Below are positions 27,601 to 40,133 of a DNA stretch of 64,000 nt, piece by piece; position 1 is the stretch's first letter; every line of letters begins with the position of its first letter. Under the pieces are notes generated by a model. That model did not search any database and was not told the origin of the DNA. It saw only the letters and a list, made by a program, of their open reading frames with translations. The DNA is from Heptranchias perlo. Its lineage: Eukaryota. Location of the stretch: the NCBI RefSeq assembly GCF_035084215.1, contig NC_090331.1:55366001-55430000 (forward strand), written 5' to 3'. Position numbers and translations under genes: made by a program.

Positions 27601-28877
27601 ACCCATACCCCTTTTAGGTTTTATTTTGATTGTGATGTGCCATATTTTACATAAACAATTATTATTAATAATAGCTGTATGCTTTTTGTCTTCGAGTTGC
27701 CCTTTTCAAAGGAGCCATCTAGTGACTCTTTGTAATATTTACATGTGGTATGCTGCTGGAATAAGCGCATATTACTGGGCTCCCTGGCTAGCTTTGTTAA
27801 AATTTAGACAAGACTGTTTGCAAAAAGTGTTTATCTGACTTTAATTTGTGCTTTGCCTGTAAGAGCTAATCAATATAAACATGATCAGCTCTTATATCCA
27901 AAACAGATTTTGCTGCTTTATTATAAAAGTATCAATGCATAAGTTATAGTTTTTGCATAATTTTAATAGGGCCTAGCACTGACTACATAAACTAAGTAGA
28001 ATTGATACATAGATACAAAATTGAAACCTATAAGAAAAATGAAGACTGCAAATAAGGTACCCAGGCAAAAAGAGAATGAACACAAACCTACACAAAAAAC
28101 AGTAAGTTGTGTTAAGAGTTGCACTAAAATGTAATAGCACAAATCAATAAAAACGTGTAAGTAACAAGCCAAAAAAAACTTCTGGGAACTTTGTGGGTTT
28201 GCTCTGAGTTTTTTGCCAAAGCTATACTTCATTGTATAACGGATGTGGGGTGAGATCCTGATTATTAATGGACATGGCATGGGGTCTAGATTATTACAAA
28301 GGTCCAGAAAATCTTGTTGTTCAGATATTCCTTTTTGAGCTGGTATTTGTAAACTGCACATATTTCTGTCCATTCCTCAGATTGTACTTTTCAGGATGGA
28401 CTCAAGTTCTCTTTCATTTTCAGAAGCTTTTTATGTGGCACACTTTTTATATATAATGTCAGTAAAACCTAATAACAGATTTGAAGACCAATACTAGGTC
28501 ATCAGCATGCAGGCCAGCTGACTTTATGTAGGTTATGCAATATAATCAGTTACTGGCCTGTGGATGTAAGTAATTGGTTTGGTGCTCTTTAGGTTCCTGG
28601 TAATTATGATGTCAAATGACTTTTTTTTGGAAGTTATTCTTTCCACTGGATGTTAATCAATCAGCTCTTATGGGCAATAGGGGAGGTTAATGGCACCTTA
28701 ACCATTCAGAAAGATAATTTTAATGTTTCTGATGAATACAAGCAGCATTAATGTTGCTTTCAAAAGCAGGCACACCAACATGCTTAAATGTATGACTAGT
28801 CAAGTGCATGTCACTTGTCATAATTAAAAAGCAGTGGAGAGCTAGACTGGTACCTTATGAGAATCCGGTCTAAAAAA

Positions 28878-29095
28878 AGGCTGTGCCTTCAGCTGCCTAG
28901 CCCCTATGCTCTGGAATTCCCTCCCTAAACCGCTCCGTCTCTCTACCTCTTGATCCTCCTTAAAACCTACTTCTCTAACAAAGCTTTTGATCACCTGTCC
29001 TAATATCTCCTTTATGTGGCTCGATGTCAAATTTAGTTTGATAACACTCCTGTGAAATACTTTATGATGTTCTACTACGTTAAAGGCGCTATATT
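28878..29095 (+). mobile_element. L2 3' tail fragment
   Basis: GCCTTCAGCTGCCTAGCCCCTATGCTCTGGAATTCCCTCCCTAAACC...CTACGTTAAAGGCGCTATAT. Confidence 0.75.
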
Positions 29096-30266
29096 AATTA
29101 CAGATGTAACCATGCATCACTTGGACATCATATTACTGTTTCAATTCTGTAAACCATCTGAGAGGAAGGCACAGACCCATTAGATTAAGACAAGGCCACA
29201 TCAACATTCCTTAAATCGCTTATTCGTACAGCAGGATATTGTGATTACTTGAATTAAAGGCTTTTAAGCAAACCTGGGCTTCTTCTTTGTTCACGCTGCT
29301 ACATGTCATTTGTGTGTCATGTGTAACCATGTACCAACAATGGATAACATTTTCATACATCCTGATTGGTTGGGTTTAAACAGCTCCCTAATCCATGAAC
29401 AAATAAAGCCTCAGGTTACGTGTTAAATAGCTTTTGTGAATGAAAAGAGACATGTGTTGCTGTCAAAAGGACATTGATGGGTATTATTGGAGATTATTTC
29501 CATATTGGTGAATCTAGGCCTCCAAACAGGGAGGATATAAAATTCATACAAAATCTTATTTATTCCAGAAAGAAGGCACCAGTTTTTGATATTCAATTGG
29601 AAATCTTGTTGGTGACACATGCTCTACTTTATTTAATCATTGTAAGTAATTTTTGTTATAGGGCCAGATATTGTGCATTTATTCAGCACCTTGTATGGAA
29701 TTTCAGGATCCATTGGGCTCGATTTTTGCACCCCCGATCGGGTGTGTTCATGGCGGGGGGGGGGGGGGGGGGCTGCGAAAATCGGGGATTCCCGGGACGG
29801 GTCTGGAGCCCTGCTCCAATCCGCCCACTTCCGGGTTCCCCAGTGACGCACTGACATGCGCACGCAGTCCCCGCATGTGGGACTCCCGCCAGCAATTAAA
29901 GCCGGGGGGGTGCCACATAAAGTACTTAAACAGGTACTTCAGGTCATTTACAGACCTGATTGACCTGATATTTTAGGAGGGGTGGGATTTTGAAATGAAC
30001 TGAGACTGTTTCCCGTACTGGGGGAAACACTCCCAGTTCAAATGGACGTGTTGCAGCCATCAGCTTGTGGAAGCTGCAAAGGTCCATTTGACAGGAGGGG
30101 GGGGCGGAGACCCTCACTCATTGCAGGAGGCCACTCTGTCACTTTGGACAAAGTTTGGCCTCCACCACCCTCCTCCTAACAATAAAATGCACAAACTTGC
30201 ACACTTACCCCGGTGTCCAGACACGTGTACCTACCTTGCGGACCCCCTCAAATGTACATCTTCCGG

Positions 30267-30690
30267 ATGGGGGCCGCCATGGCTGCGGGGGACGAACAGC
30301 ATCACCAGCCTCGCCGGCCACGCTGTCCACCTCTGACACATGGAGCCCCACAACACAGTGCTGTGACACATCCACCTGCACAGCAGGAGGGAGGGCAACC
30401 GCAGAGAGAGATGCGTCGCAGAGGGCACTACCCTCGCCACAGGGTCTACAGACTGAGGCTCAGCTTCCTGGACCTCTCTGATCAGCAGTGCACACGGAGG
30501 CTCAGAGTCACTCGACATGTAGTTGTGGACATCTGCAGCCTCCGTCATGCCGAGCTGCTCCCGGCTGGCCCGAGCATCATCTTCTTACCCGTCGCTGTCA
30601 AAGTCACCACTACCCTCAACAACTTCTCCTCCGCATCCTTCCAGGTGCCACCGGGGACATTGCCGACGTCTCTCAGTTGTCTGCACAAAA
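30267..30690 (+). pseudogene. HARBI1-like Harbinger transposase N-terminal fragment (no DDE domain)
   Basis: RHRVYRLRLSFLDLSDQQCTRRLRVTRHVVVDICSL..LPVAVKVTTTLNNFSSASFQ resembles the Harbinger/HARBI1 N-terminus; similarity ends after GDIADVSQ (shifted frame). Confidence 0.8.
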
Positions 30691-30920
30691 GAGCCCTGCA
30701 AATACACCTACACCCACTCTGCAGTGACACAATGGGTGGCATCAGTTGTGGGTCTTCATAGTGATCCTCAGGAAAGGGCATTATTTCACACACCAGACAA
30801 GATTCACAAAGACGTGGAAGTAGTGGTGCCAATATAATATGTGATGTGAGTTGATCAGAAATTAAATATAGGTAAACACCATGACAAACCCTCAAACACC
30901 CTTGTGCATCCCCTTCATGC

Positions 30921-31502
30921 TCACGACACTTTTGCCTTATGCTTCCTACTGCACATATGTGATGCATGCCCTGTGGCTGCAGCACAGGTAGTGGCAGGTT
31001 GAGTGAGGCTGACCGTGAAAGAGATGCATGAGAGGGTGAGTATGAGATAGAGCCATAAGATTGTATGAGGATTGGGTTGAGTGGTAGTGGTGAGATGAGT
31101 ACTGGCGAGGTGAGTAAGTGCAGGTAAAATGAGGATGAGCTTTGAGTGGGTGTGAGAGGTGATGTGATAGAGTAGTGTTGGCAGTGCAGAAGGAGATGTG
31201 GGGTGGGGGCGGTGATGTGGCAGACGGAGGGGAGGGGAATGAGTAAGTGTACTCACTTTGGCTGACCTACTTAGGTGATTGAAGCACCTCCTGCACTGTA
31301 TGCAGGTGCGCGATATGTTGGTGGTGCTAGTGACCTCCTCTGCCACCTCGAGCCAGGCCTTCTTGGTGGCAGAGGCAGGCCGCTTCCTCCCGCATGCCGG
31401 GGGGAAGATCTCTGTCATCCCCCTCCTCCTCACCCCATCCAATGATATCTGGAGTAAGGCATCATTAAACCTGGGAGCAGCCTTCCCCCTGGGCTGCTCC
31501 AT
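30921..31502 (-). CDS. Harbinger Myb/SANT-like (NAIF1/MSANTD-type) DNA-binding ORF; exon 1 fused by deletion to the C-terminal tail
   Basis: PRFNDALLQISLDGV..KKAWLEVAEEVT..RTCIQCRRCFNHL trihelix motif; AAA|GTGAGT donor with exon ending at 31257. Confidence 0.7.
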   Translation of the reverse strand: MEQPRGKAAPRFNDALLQISLDGVRRRGMTEIFPPACGRKRPASATKKAWLEVAEEVTSTTNISRTCIQCRRCFNHLSRSAKVSTLTHSPPLRLPHHRPHPTSPSALPTLLYHITSHTHSKLILILPALTHLASTHLTTTTQPNPHTILWLYLILTLSCISFTVSLTQPATTCAAATGHASHMCSRKHKAKVS

Positions 31503-32444
31503 GCTGTAATTTTTCCTAGTTTCTGCAGCCTCAGTCAGTGGAGGACTGCCCCTTTAAATAGAGCTCCTCCAGCTGACGGACCTTTCTGCGCATGCGCAGT
31601 CCGCCCACCGCGCAGCTTACCAGCGGGAAACCCGGAAGCACAGGTAAGTGGCTCCAATTAGCCTGCGATTCCGTGCGGAGCACACTGATTTCACCGGGCG
31701 CGTTACCCACGCGCCCAGTCGACCCCCCGCTGAGAACCCGCCACCCTGCTAATATCGAGCCCATTATTGGAGTTGGAAAGTTCTTGGGTGTTACTTCTGT
31801 AGGGGTATTCAACACTACCACTAGGTGATGGAGTTTATGTGAACCATAATGGACTGGGGTTACGTGTTGAACAGGCTACTTTAAATTATTCCATCAAATC
31901 CTAAAATTGATTTCCCTTAGTTTGGCACCTTGTTGCGAACAGAATGCACATATTTAATTATGTTTAAACTGTTTACTTTGTTTCTCAAGTAATTGAATAA
32001 GGGCTGGTTTGCAGACTTTAAGTTCCTCTGCTGTTTAGTGGCCACATCTTCAAAATGTTCAGGGACCCAGAGCTCTCACTACTACACACTTGAAAGTGGA
32101 GTAGAGACACCAAGAATGGAATTGATGTGACTAATTAGATCATCTTAAAGGATTGCAGATTAAGAGTAAATTAACAATAAGGTCAGCATATTTAATTGGT
32201 TCAGAGGCTAGTTTAGGGATTGACTTTCTGATTCTACAAGTCTAAGTTTTAGTTCCAATTTTGTGAAAGATTGATAGTTGGTTAATTAAGCTAGAAACAG
32301 TATTGTATTTATGGCATGAACTTATAGTCTTAATGTTTCATATTTGTTGATGTTAAGTGTTACAGTTATTGTTTGTCTCTCAACAGTTTGGGTTACCATA
32401 TTTAATGTATGAAGTTTGAACAAATTCATCTACAAATCCCTAAC

Positions 32445-32710
32445 TCAATACGGAATTAAGGAGAAATTTCTTTACCCAAAAAGTGGTAAGAATGTGGAAT
32501 GCGCTACCATGAGGAGTAATTGAGGCAAATAGCATAGATGCATTTAAGGTGAAGCTGCATAAGCACATGAGAGAGAAAGGAATAGAAGGGTCACTGATAG
32601 GGTTAGATAAAGTAGGCAGGGACAAGGCTTGTGCAGAACATAAACGCCGGCATAGACCAGTTGGGCCGAATGGTCTGTTTGTGCTGCAGTTTTGATGTAA
32701 CTCAATGTAA
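32445..32710 (+). mobile_element. CR1 LINE 3' end fragment
   Basis: ELRRNFFTQKVVRMWNALP, then 3' UTR GACCAGTTGGGCCGAATGGTCTGTT and a TGTAA-repeat tail. Confidence 0.85.
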
Positions 32711-32878
32711 ACATCTTCGTGTGAGGTACCTTGGTTCTGTGTTGGTCTACCAATGTGCTGTGCCACAGACTGATATGATGTAACCCAACACATAGCAAGT
32801 TCACAATCCTGGTCAGACCAATTAGGAGGTGTCCTTGCACGAGGGAAAGGAGAATTAAAAGGACAAGGGCAGATATCA

Positions 32879-32896
32879 CACACCTCCTAGTGGCCA
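32879..32896 (-). promoter_or_regulatory. candidate CTCF site
   Basis: Reverse complement TGGCCACTAGGAGGTGTG resembles the CTCF consensus. Confidence 0.3.
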
Positions 32897-33499
32897 GTCA
32901 CAGACCAGCAGACGGAAGCTGTGAGCAGGCTGCTAATCCACTCTATGAGATGGGAAACATACAGTGTGGCACTAAAAAACCCAAATATGGTGGTAAAATA
33001 ATTGAAAAGTGCTTATGGAGATGAATAACATTATTTTAACAGACTTAACTTAAAGTCATTGTGTTAAAAAACTGAACATATAAACAGTATACACACACAT
33101 TTACACAGGAGATATCACTAGGACTGACTTCATGTGAACTGATGCAGATTCAAGTCAGAGTGTTTGCATGCTTGAGTGTGGAGCAATAGCCTGGAAGATC
33201 ACCCAAAGAGTAATATGCTGCACTAAATGTAGTCCCTTTCATTTAGCTAATAGATGGCTTTTGTATTTATAGGCTTTTAAGATCATATAGTTTATTTTGT
33301 AAAGTGTGAAATGGAAAAAGATGCTGCAGTCTGAATATCAGCAGGCAGTCAGAATACCTATGGTTCTGGTTACAGTGACTAGTTATACATGAGCAGATAA
33401 TTACTGTGACAGACTGGCAGTCACAATCAATTGAAACATAAACAACGAAAATTAACTTTCTGCTTTTTCCCCTGTTTTTCTCCTTACTCCTCCTCTCCT

Positions 33500-36400
33500 G
33501 AGAGTGATCAGTTCCACAGCTAGTAGCACCCCTGCCATATTTTGCCGAAGTAGTCAAAGAGCACATCACGGAGTAAACTGGTAACAGAATGGGGTGGGCA
33601 CAGGGTGAGAGAAAGGACTTCTAAAATGGAATTTGGTAAGCATAGGATTTCAGTGATGAGTAGGGGATGAACCGTGAGTAAGTTGTGCAGAAATTGTGTT
33701 TTTTATTGAACTGAAATTTAAGCTTAGATTTTAACTTGTGTCCCTTTAGTCTGGGTTGATAGAATGGCACCAGGCAGGAGCCCAATGCCACCAGGACAAA
33801 AACCACTAAGAAGTGCTGCCCTGAAGAGAAGGGCACCACTAATACAGTTGGCCCAGCCAAACTAAAATGTGTGCAACTGCAAGACAGTTAGCAGTTAAGT
33901 GTCAGTCACCTGTAAGTAGATCATCGGCCAGGTGTTAATTGGATACTATGTAGTTGGGGGCTGACTGACCAGTTGAAAATGGTTTGTGTTTGTAAAGGAG
34001 GTAGTTGCAAGAATTCTAGCTCAAGCCAAAAGCACATCAAGGAGTAAAATGGTAATGGAATGAGATGAGAGTAAGGACTTCTGAAACAGAAATTTGGTGA
34101 GACTGAGAACTAGGTGCAGAGGGGGAAGGAGGTGCTAAGTAAATTAGCTGATATTATATACAAGTAAAATTAATTTTAAAGTAAAACAAACACTTAAACC
34201 TAAAAATGGCAGCAGAGGAAGGGGCAACAATGTGTCATTCCGACAAGATGTGGGAGTTTCGAGCACTAGGTGTTGACTCACAAACACGGCTGTGCAAAGT
34301 GTCACCAACTCACATTGCTCAAGCTCAAATCTCAAAATTTGGAGACAATCTGACACATCAAAGAGGAACAGCAGTTTTTGGTGTGAGAGTTTGAGATGGT
34401 GGTCACACTGACAAGAGATAGGGAGCAGGCAGTGGAAGAGCAAAGATGGATGACTAACTGAGGGGTGAGGAAAGGCAGGAAGGAAAGGTTAGAATAGGAT
34501 TGACCAGAGCAACTTATCCCTCAAACAGATTTGAAGCTCTAACTTCCCATGGAGAAAATAAGGACTCTGGGTGGGAACCATCAAATAAATATCAATGGCA
34601 CAAACAAACAAAAAATGCCTGTAGGGATGAGATTAGCAACACAGCTGGAAATGCAATAGTAATAGGGCAATCAATAGTTAGAGGTGCTGACTTTTGAAGT
34701 GCAGACCAGCAGTTCCAGGTGTTTTGTTACCACCCAGGGGCGTATCACATGGACTGGAAAAGATTTTTAATGGGGAGCGAGAGCAATCACGTATCATGGT
34801 CCATGTGGGAGCCAATAATGAGGTAAAGAAAGGTCTAAAGTCATGAAAGATGAATGTAGGGGATTAGGAAGCAACTTTAGGAGCAGTACTTAACGGGTGA
34901 TAATCTCAGAATTACTTACCCAGCCATGCGCTAGAATAGGGAAGGATAGGAAGTTTAGGGAAGCCATTGCATGACTAAAGATGTGGTGTCAGGAAGAGGG
35001 ATTCCACTTAGTTGGGCATTGGCACTAGTTCTGAGACAAATGGGAGGTATTTTGCAAGGATGGGCTAATCTGTACAGGGAGGGTGCTAATGTAGTTCCAA
35101 AATGGTTAAATAGAGAAGTGACAAGGTATTTAAACTAGGAAGTAGAGAAGCTGTAAAAATAAAATCAACCAGGTTCAGCTAATAGCGAAGGGAGAAATAG
35201 ATGAGAATATTATTAATGCAGGAAACAATTTAGCAAGAGGGATATGGAGTAGAGGAATAAAATCAAATGGACTTCTAATAAACAGATATAAACTGAAGTA
35301 AATGTAGTGAGTAGCTTAAACAACAAAAAACATGGGGGAAAAAGGCAAAAAAAATGTATTGCAATGTGCAGAGTGTGGGAAATAAACTGGGGAACTGGAA
35401 GCAATTAGCTTGAACAGAATCCTGGCTACAAACTGGACAAGAACGGAAAATAAACTTATCAGTATATAATATATTTAGGAGGAATAGAAAAGATAAGAAA
35501 GAAGACAGCATGACAATATTGGTAAAAGAGGGAATACATGCTATAGAGAGGGCTGATGCAGACATGGGTGGGGTACTGACAGAGCCAATATAGTTCAAGC
35601 TCAAAGATAGAAAGGGCATGTTATATTAGTAAAGGTATATTACAGATCACCAAATTGTGGGAAGGAATGGAAGAGGAAATCTGCAGTCAGATTAGAGAGA
35701 TGAGTAGGAATAACAAAATTATTGTTCTAGGAGATTTTACTCATCGACTTATTGATCAGGACTAAGAGGTAGTAATTCTAGAAAACAGAATGCAATTCCT
35801 AAAATGTGTACAGGACTCCTTTCTCAAGCAGTATGTTAGTAGGCCTACAAGGGTGGAGGTTTTTCTAGATCGGATAATGAGTAATAAAATCAATCATGTG
35901 GATGAATTAAATATGCCTGAGCACCCCTTGGGAGTAATGACCACAACATGATAAGGTTTAAAATCCAAAGAGAAAGGGAAAAAGTCAATACAGAAACTCA
36001 AACATCAGATTGGATTCAGGCAGTTTTTTAAAAGATGAGGAGCAAGCTGGCTGGAGTGAGGTGAGAGGGCAAATTGGCACACAGGACTGTAGAACAGTGG
36101 GATGTTTTTAGAAAAGAGATTGTAAAAGTACAGAATAAGTATATTCCATTAAAAAAGAAGGAAACTACTAATAGTTTTAGGATATCAAGGATTAATAAAA
36201 CGGTTAGAAACCAATTAAATCTGAAGAAGGGAGCTGATAAGGACTATAAGAATAATAATGATGAAAAAAATAAAGAAGAATATGAGAAAATAAGAAAAAA
36301 GGTGAAGAGTGGGATAAGGAAAGCTAAGGGAGAACATGAGGAAAAAAATTCAAAAATCATCAAAAGGAACAGTAAATTATTTTACAAGTATATCAGTGAA

Positions 36401-38110
36401 AAGAGAATGGTTAAAAGTGAACTGGGATCCCAGAGAGGAGAGGATTATCAATTTGTAAATAATGACCAAAAAATGGCAGAAGTATTTAATAAGTCTGACT
36501 AAAGAGAAGGATATTAAAGATGAGGTGAATCCTGAAGTGGTCAAGTGCAAGGTGACTGATACCATGATGGATAAAAGGAAAATTTCAGATAAATTAGGCT
36601 AAAGAAAGACAAATGGGGTGATTTAGCCCCCAAGAACGGGTGGGCTGGGGGTGGGTGGGAGTTGAAAATAGTTGTTTTATGGGTCGCAACCGCAACCCGG
36701 CTTCACTTCCGGGTTTAACGTGAGCGCATAAAAGTACAGGCTTCCCACTGGGAATGCAAAGTCCGAAAATTTTGCGATTGCGACCCAAAAAAACAACTAT
36801 TTTCAACTCCCACCCGTCCCCAACTCACCTGTTCTTGGGGGTTAAAATCACCCCCAAAGTGTCAGTTACCCAACAGGATATATCCTAGCATCCTGAGGGA
36901 GATGAGGGAGGAAATAACTGAGGCCCTAAAAATTATATTTCAGGGCTGTATTAACTGAAGAGTGGTCAATATGGTACCCACCTTTAAAAAAAGAGACAGA
37001 GTTAATCTGGGCAATTACAGGCCAATTAAGTTTAATATCTGTAGTAGGGAAAATTATGGAGCCTCTAATTAAGGATGAAATTACCAATTTATCGGGATAA
37101 AGAGAAAATAGCTAAAGGTGCCCAGTATGGATTTCAAGAGGGGTGATCATGTTTGCAAACATCACAGAATTCTTTGAGGAAGTAACAGACATGGTAGATG
37201 GGTGAAATGCAGTGGATGTCGTGTACATTGACTTTAGGAAAGCCTTTAAGAAGGCACATCACAGGATATTACGAGAGAAAATTAAGGGGTATGGATTTAA
37301 GAGGAGGATAACAAACTGGATTAAAAATTGGTTAGAAGGGAGAAAATAGAGTTGGAGTTAAGTGCAGTTTTTCAGAGTGGTTGGAAGTGGGTACTAGTGT
37401 CCCATGGAGCTGAGACTGGGGCCACTTCTGTTCACTGTGTATATCAATGAATTGATATAGGCCTTGTGGGAGTGGTGCTGAAATTTGCAAATAAGAGGGA
37501 TAGTTAATTATTTAGAAGGAAGCTGCATAAGGGATATTGATAAGATGGGGGAATGGGCTAAAAAGGTCAGATGGAATTCAATGTCAGTAAGAGTGAGGTG
37601 ATACATTTGATAAAATAAATAGCAGCAGTAATTATACTCTGAATCAAAGTAGGCTCAGTGCTGTGGAAGAGCAGAGGGATTGGAAGTCAGAACATTCAAG
37701 GCAACACCTCAGGTTGATAAGGCCATAAAAACTAATGGAATTCTAGGTTTTATCACAAGAGGTATTGAATATAAAAGCCAAGAAGTAATGAGGAGCCTGT
37801 ATAAAGCCTTAATAAGACCTCAATAAGATTAAATGTAAGAAGTTTAAAAAAGAGAGCAAGAGAAATATCTTTACACAGAGAGTTATGAGGTTGTGGAATT
37901 CATTTCCAGGGCTAGTGGATGAGGCAGAAACTATATCAACATTCAAGATTAGATTGCATAGGTGAATAAAAGGAAAGGGGATGAAGGGATATGGGAACAG
38001 GATAGCTAAATGTGATTAGGACTATTTGCCAGTGTGGAGGGTAAATGCTGACATGACCGCTTGGTCCGAATGCCTTGTTTTCTTGTTGTAACTTCTTTGT
38101 ATTTCTATAT
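33500..38110 (+). mobile_element. near-full-length decayed CR1 LINE (5' UTR, ORF1 with Cys motif and esterase, ORF2 APE+RT, 3' UTR)
   Basis: ORF1 remnants MCHSDKMWEF (34230), SNRFEAL, AIVIGQSIVRG (GDSL-like). ORF2 remnants ESWL, GDF, NSKLFYKYI, GNYRPI, EFFEEVT, DVVYIDFRKAF. 3' UTR TTGGTCCGAATGCCTTG. Many stops; 5' boundary approximate. Confidence 0.85.
36614..36855. mobile_element. palindromic Harbinger-type MITE inserted in CR1 ORF2
   Basis: About 80-bp imperfect TIRs (TGGGGTGATTTAGCCCCCAAGAAC / GTTCTTGGGGGTTAAAATCACCCCC), AAA TSD; splits the LKKDK..IYPSILRE motif. Confidence 0.88.
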
Positions 38111-38112
38111 AC

Positions 38113-38320
38113 GTGAGCCTAAGAAGTAAAGGTCAGTGGGCTATGTGACTATGGGGCTATCAAACTGAACCCAAACCTGTCCTCATCCCGTGTGCACATG
38201 TGCACGTTTGCTGCAGGGGTCATTGGATAGCAATCGGGAGCAGGAATCCAGGGTGGTTTTCCCCTCTCTTCTCCATAACCCAGAGATACATTAGCAAACT
38301 GCAGCACCCCATTGCCACAA
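38113..38320 (-). mobile_element. AmnSINE2-like SINE fragment
   Basis: CCTGTCCTCATCCCG..GCAGGGGTCATTGGATAGCAATCGGGAGCAGGAA is the reverse complement of the core in the plus-strand copies. Confidence 0.6.
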
Positions 38321-38384
38321 AGGTTCTTACGTATTCAATATTTAAAATTCTGAGCTGCTAACCCATAGTGTAATTCTTGACACT

Positions 38385-39265
38385 ACTTTTTTAAAATTTC
38401 TTTCTTTCTTGGGATGTAGGCGACTTTGGCAAGGCCGCATTTATTGCCCATCCTTAGTTGCCCTGAGAAGGTGATGGGCCTGCTGCTAGAACCACTGCAG
38501 TCCTTGGGTTGACAGTGCTCCCATGATGGTGTTAGGTAGGGAATTCTGGGATATTGACCCAGTAATGATGAAGGAACAGTGCTATATGTCCAAGTCAGGA
38601 TGTTGTGTGACTTGGAGGGAAACTTGGAGGTGATGGTGTTCCCATGACATTGCTCTTGTCCTACCTGGTGGTAGAAGTCATGGGTCTGGAAGGTTCTGTT
38701 GAAGTAAGCTTGGTGAGTTACTGCAATGCACCCAGATACTACATACTGCAACCGGGAAGGGAGTGGTGGAGTGAGTGGCTATTGAGTTCAGTGGCGGGTG
38801 TCAATCAAGTGGATTACTCTGTCCAGGATGGTGTCCAGCTTCTTGACTGTTGTTGCGGCTGCACCCACCCAGGCAAGTGGTGAGCATTCCATCATGCTCT
38901 TGACTTGAACCTAGTAGATGGTGCAGAGGCATTGAGGGATCAGGAAGTGAGCCACTCATCACAGAATATCCTGCTTCTGTAGCCATGTTGATATGGATGG
39001 TGCAGTTCAGCTTCTGATCAATGGTGACTCCCAAGGTGTTGATGGTGGGGGGATTCCACAACGGTAAGTTGTTGAAAGTCAGGGGAAATGGTTGGGCGTC
39101 GTCTTGTGGAGGTGGTCATTACCCGGTACATCTGTGAAGTGATGTTACCTGCCACTTGTTTGTCCAAGCCTAGATGTCAGCTAGGTCCTCTTGTAGGCTG
39201 GCATGGGCTGCTTCATTATTGAAGGAATTGTGACTGGAGCTGTACAGTTTAAAATTGTCAGCACT
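38385..39265 (-). mobile_element. older decayed 3' fragment of the same LINE family as 43860-45748
   Basis: PTINTLGVTIDQKLN matches PTINILGVTIDQKLN; the 3' UTR is also shared. Confidence 0.88.
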
Positions 39266-40133
39266 ATTATTTAAGCATAATCAAAATCAAGTCGTAATAA
39301 TTTCATTTTTCTTCACACCAAGTGGCCAGAGTGACCTCCCAGGGCCATTGTAAAGGAATGCCAAGGGCACCATGAGCACTGTGGAACACCTGGCTCCATT
39401 ACTAAATGATATAGTCAGATAAGTACTGTCTCATGCTGATACAATGGGTATTGCAAATCACCTTGTGTACCACAGTGTGGTTCTGCACATTTTGTTTTCA
39501 CTGTACACCATGTTCTATTGTGTATCACCATGTGAAATCAGGGCCTCATACTTTTGTTTGTTGGACTGTGAACATACCTGACACGCCAAGTCGAGTGGCA
39601 CCAAAGAGTTCATTTACAATTTGAACCTGAGGCAATGTGATTATAGTCAGCAGCTGAACTGCAGTGTTGAAATGCCATGGGAAATTAAAACATTGCGGTC
39701 TTGCTGCTATTAGACAGAAGCGACTATCAGCACCTTTATTATTTGTACCTGCATTCTATTATTATTATTACTGTAATTACCTGATCACTATGGATAGGTG
39801 GTCTCTAAAGGAATAGGATCATCTAAAGACAAGTACAGATGCAAATATGTCTCCAACGGAGGTTTCTAACTTTTTCTAACTGTTGAAATCAATACACTGT
39901 AAATATTCACATTTAGTGTTACTTTGGTGGAGCTCTATATGCATCTTTTTCATTACAGCAATCTTGCTTGCTGAAATAACGTCATGTTGGGCTACAGTAC
40001 GTGCACCCTCTGAGTGCAGTGGGACGAATGCTTGCAGTCTGGACCAGCTGACAGACTTTTTTGATGAGTATTCAGCAATATTTGACAGAGATGAGAAAAA
40101 AAACTCTCTCTCTTACACACACATACACACACA

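Larger units (their letters stand above)
29715..31762. mobile_element. non-autonomous PIF/Harbinger DNA transposon, copy 1
   Basis: TIRs GGGCTCGAT...ATCGAGCCC; ATT TSD at 29712-29714 and 31763-31765; convergent transposase and Myb/SANT remnants. Confidence 0.92.

Noticed and set aside
29755-29772. Poly-G run and other G4-like tracts
   Set aside because: Homopolymer expansions inside transposon termini; length is unreliable and there is no evidence of function.
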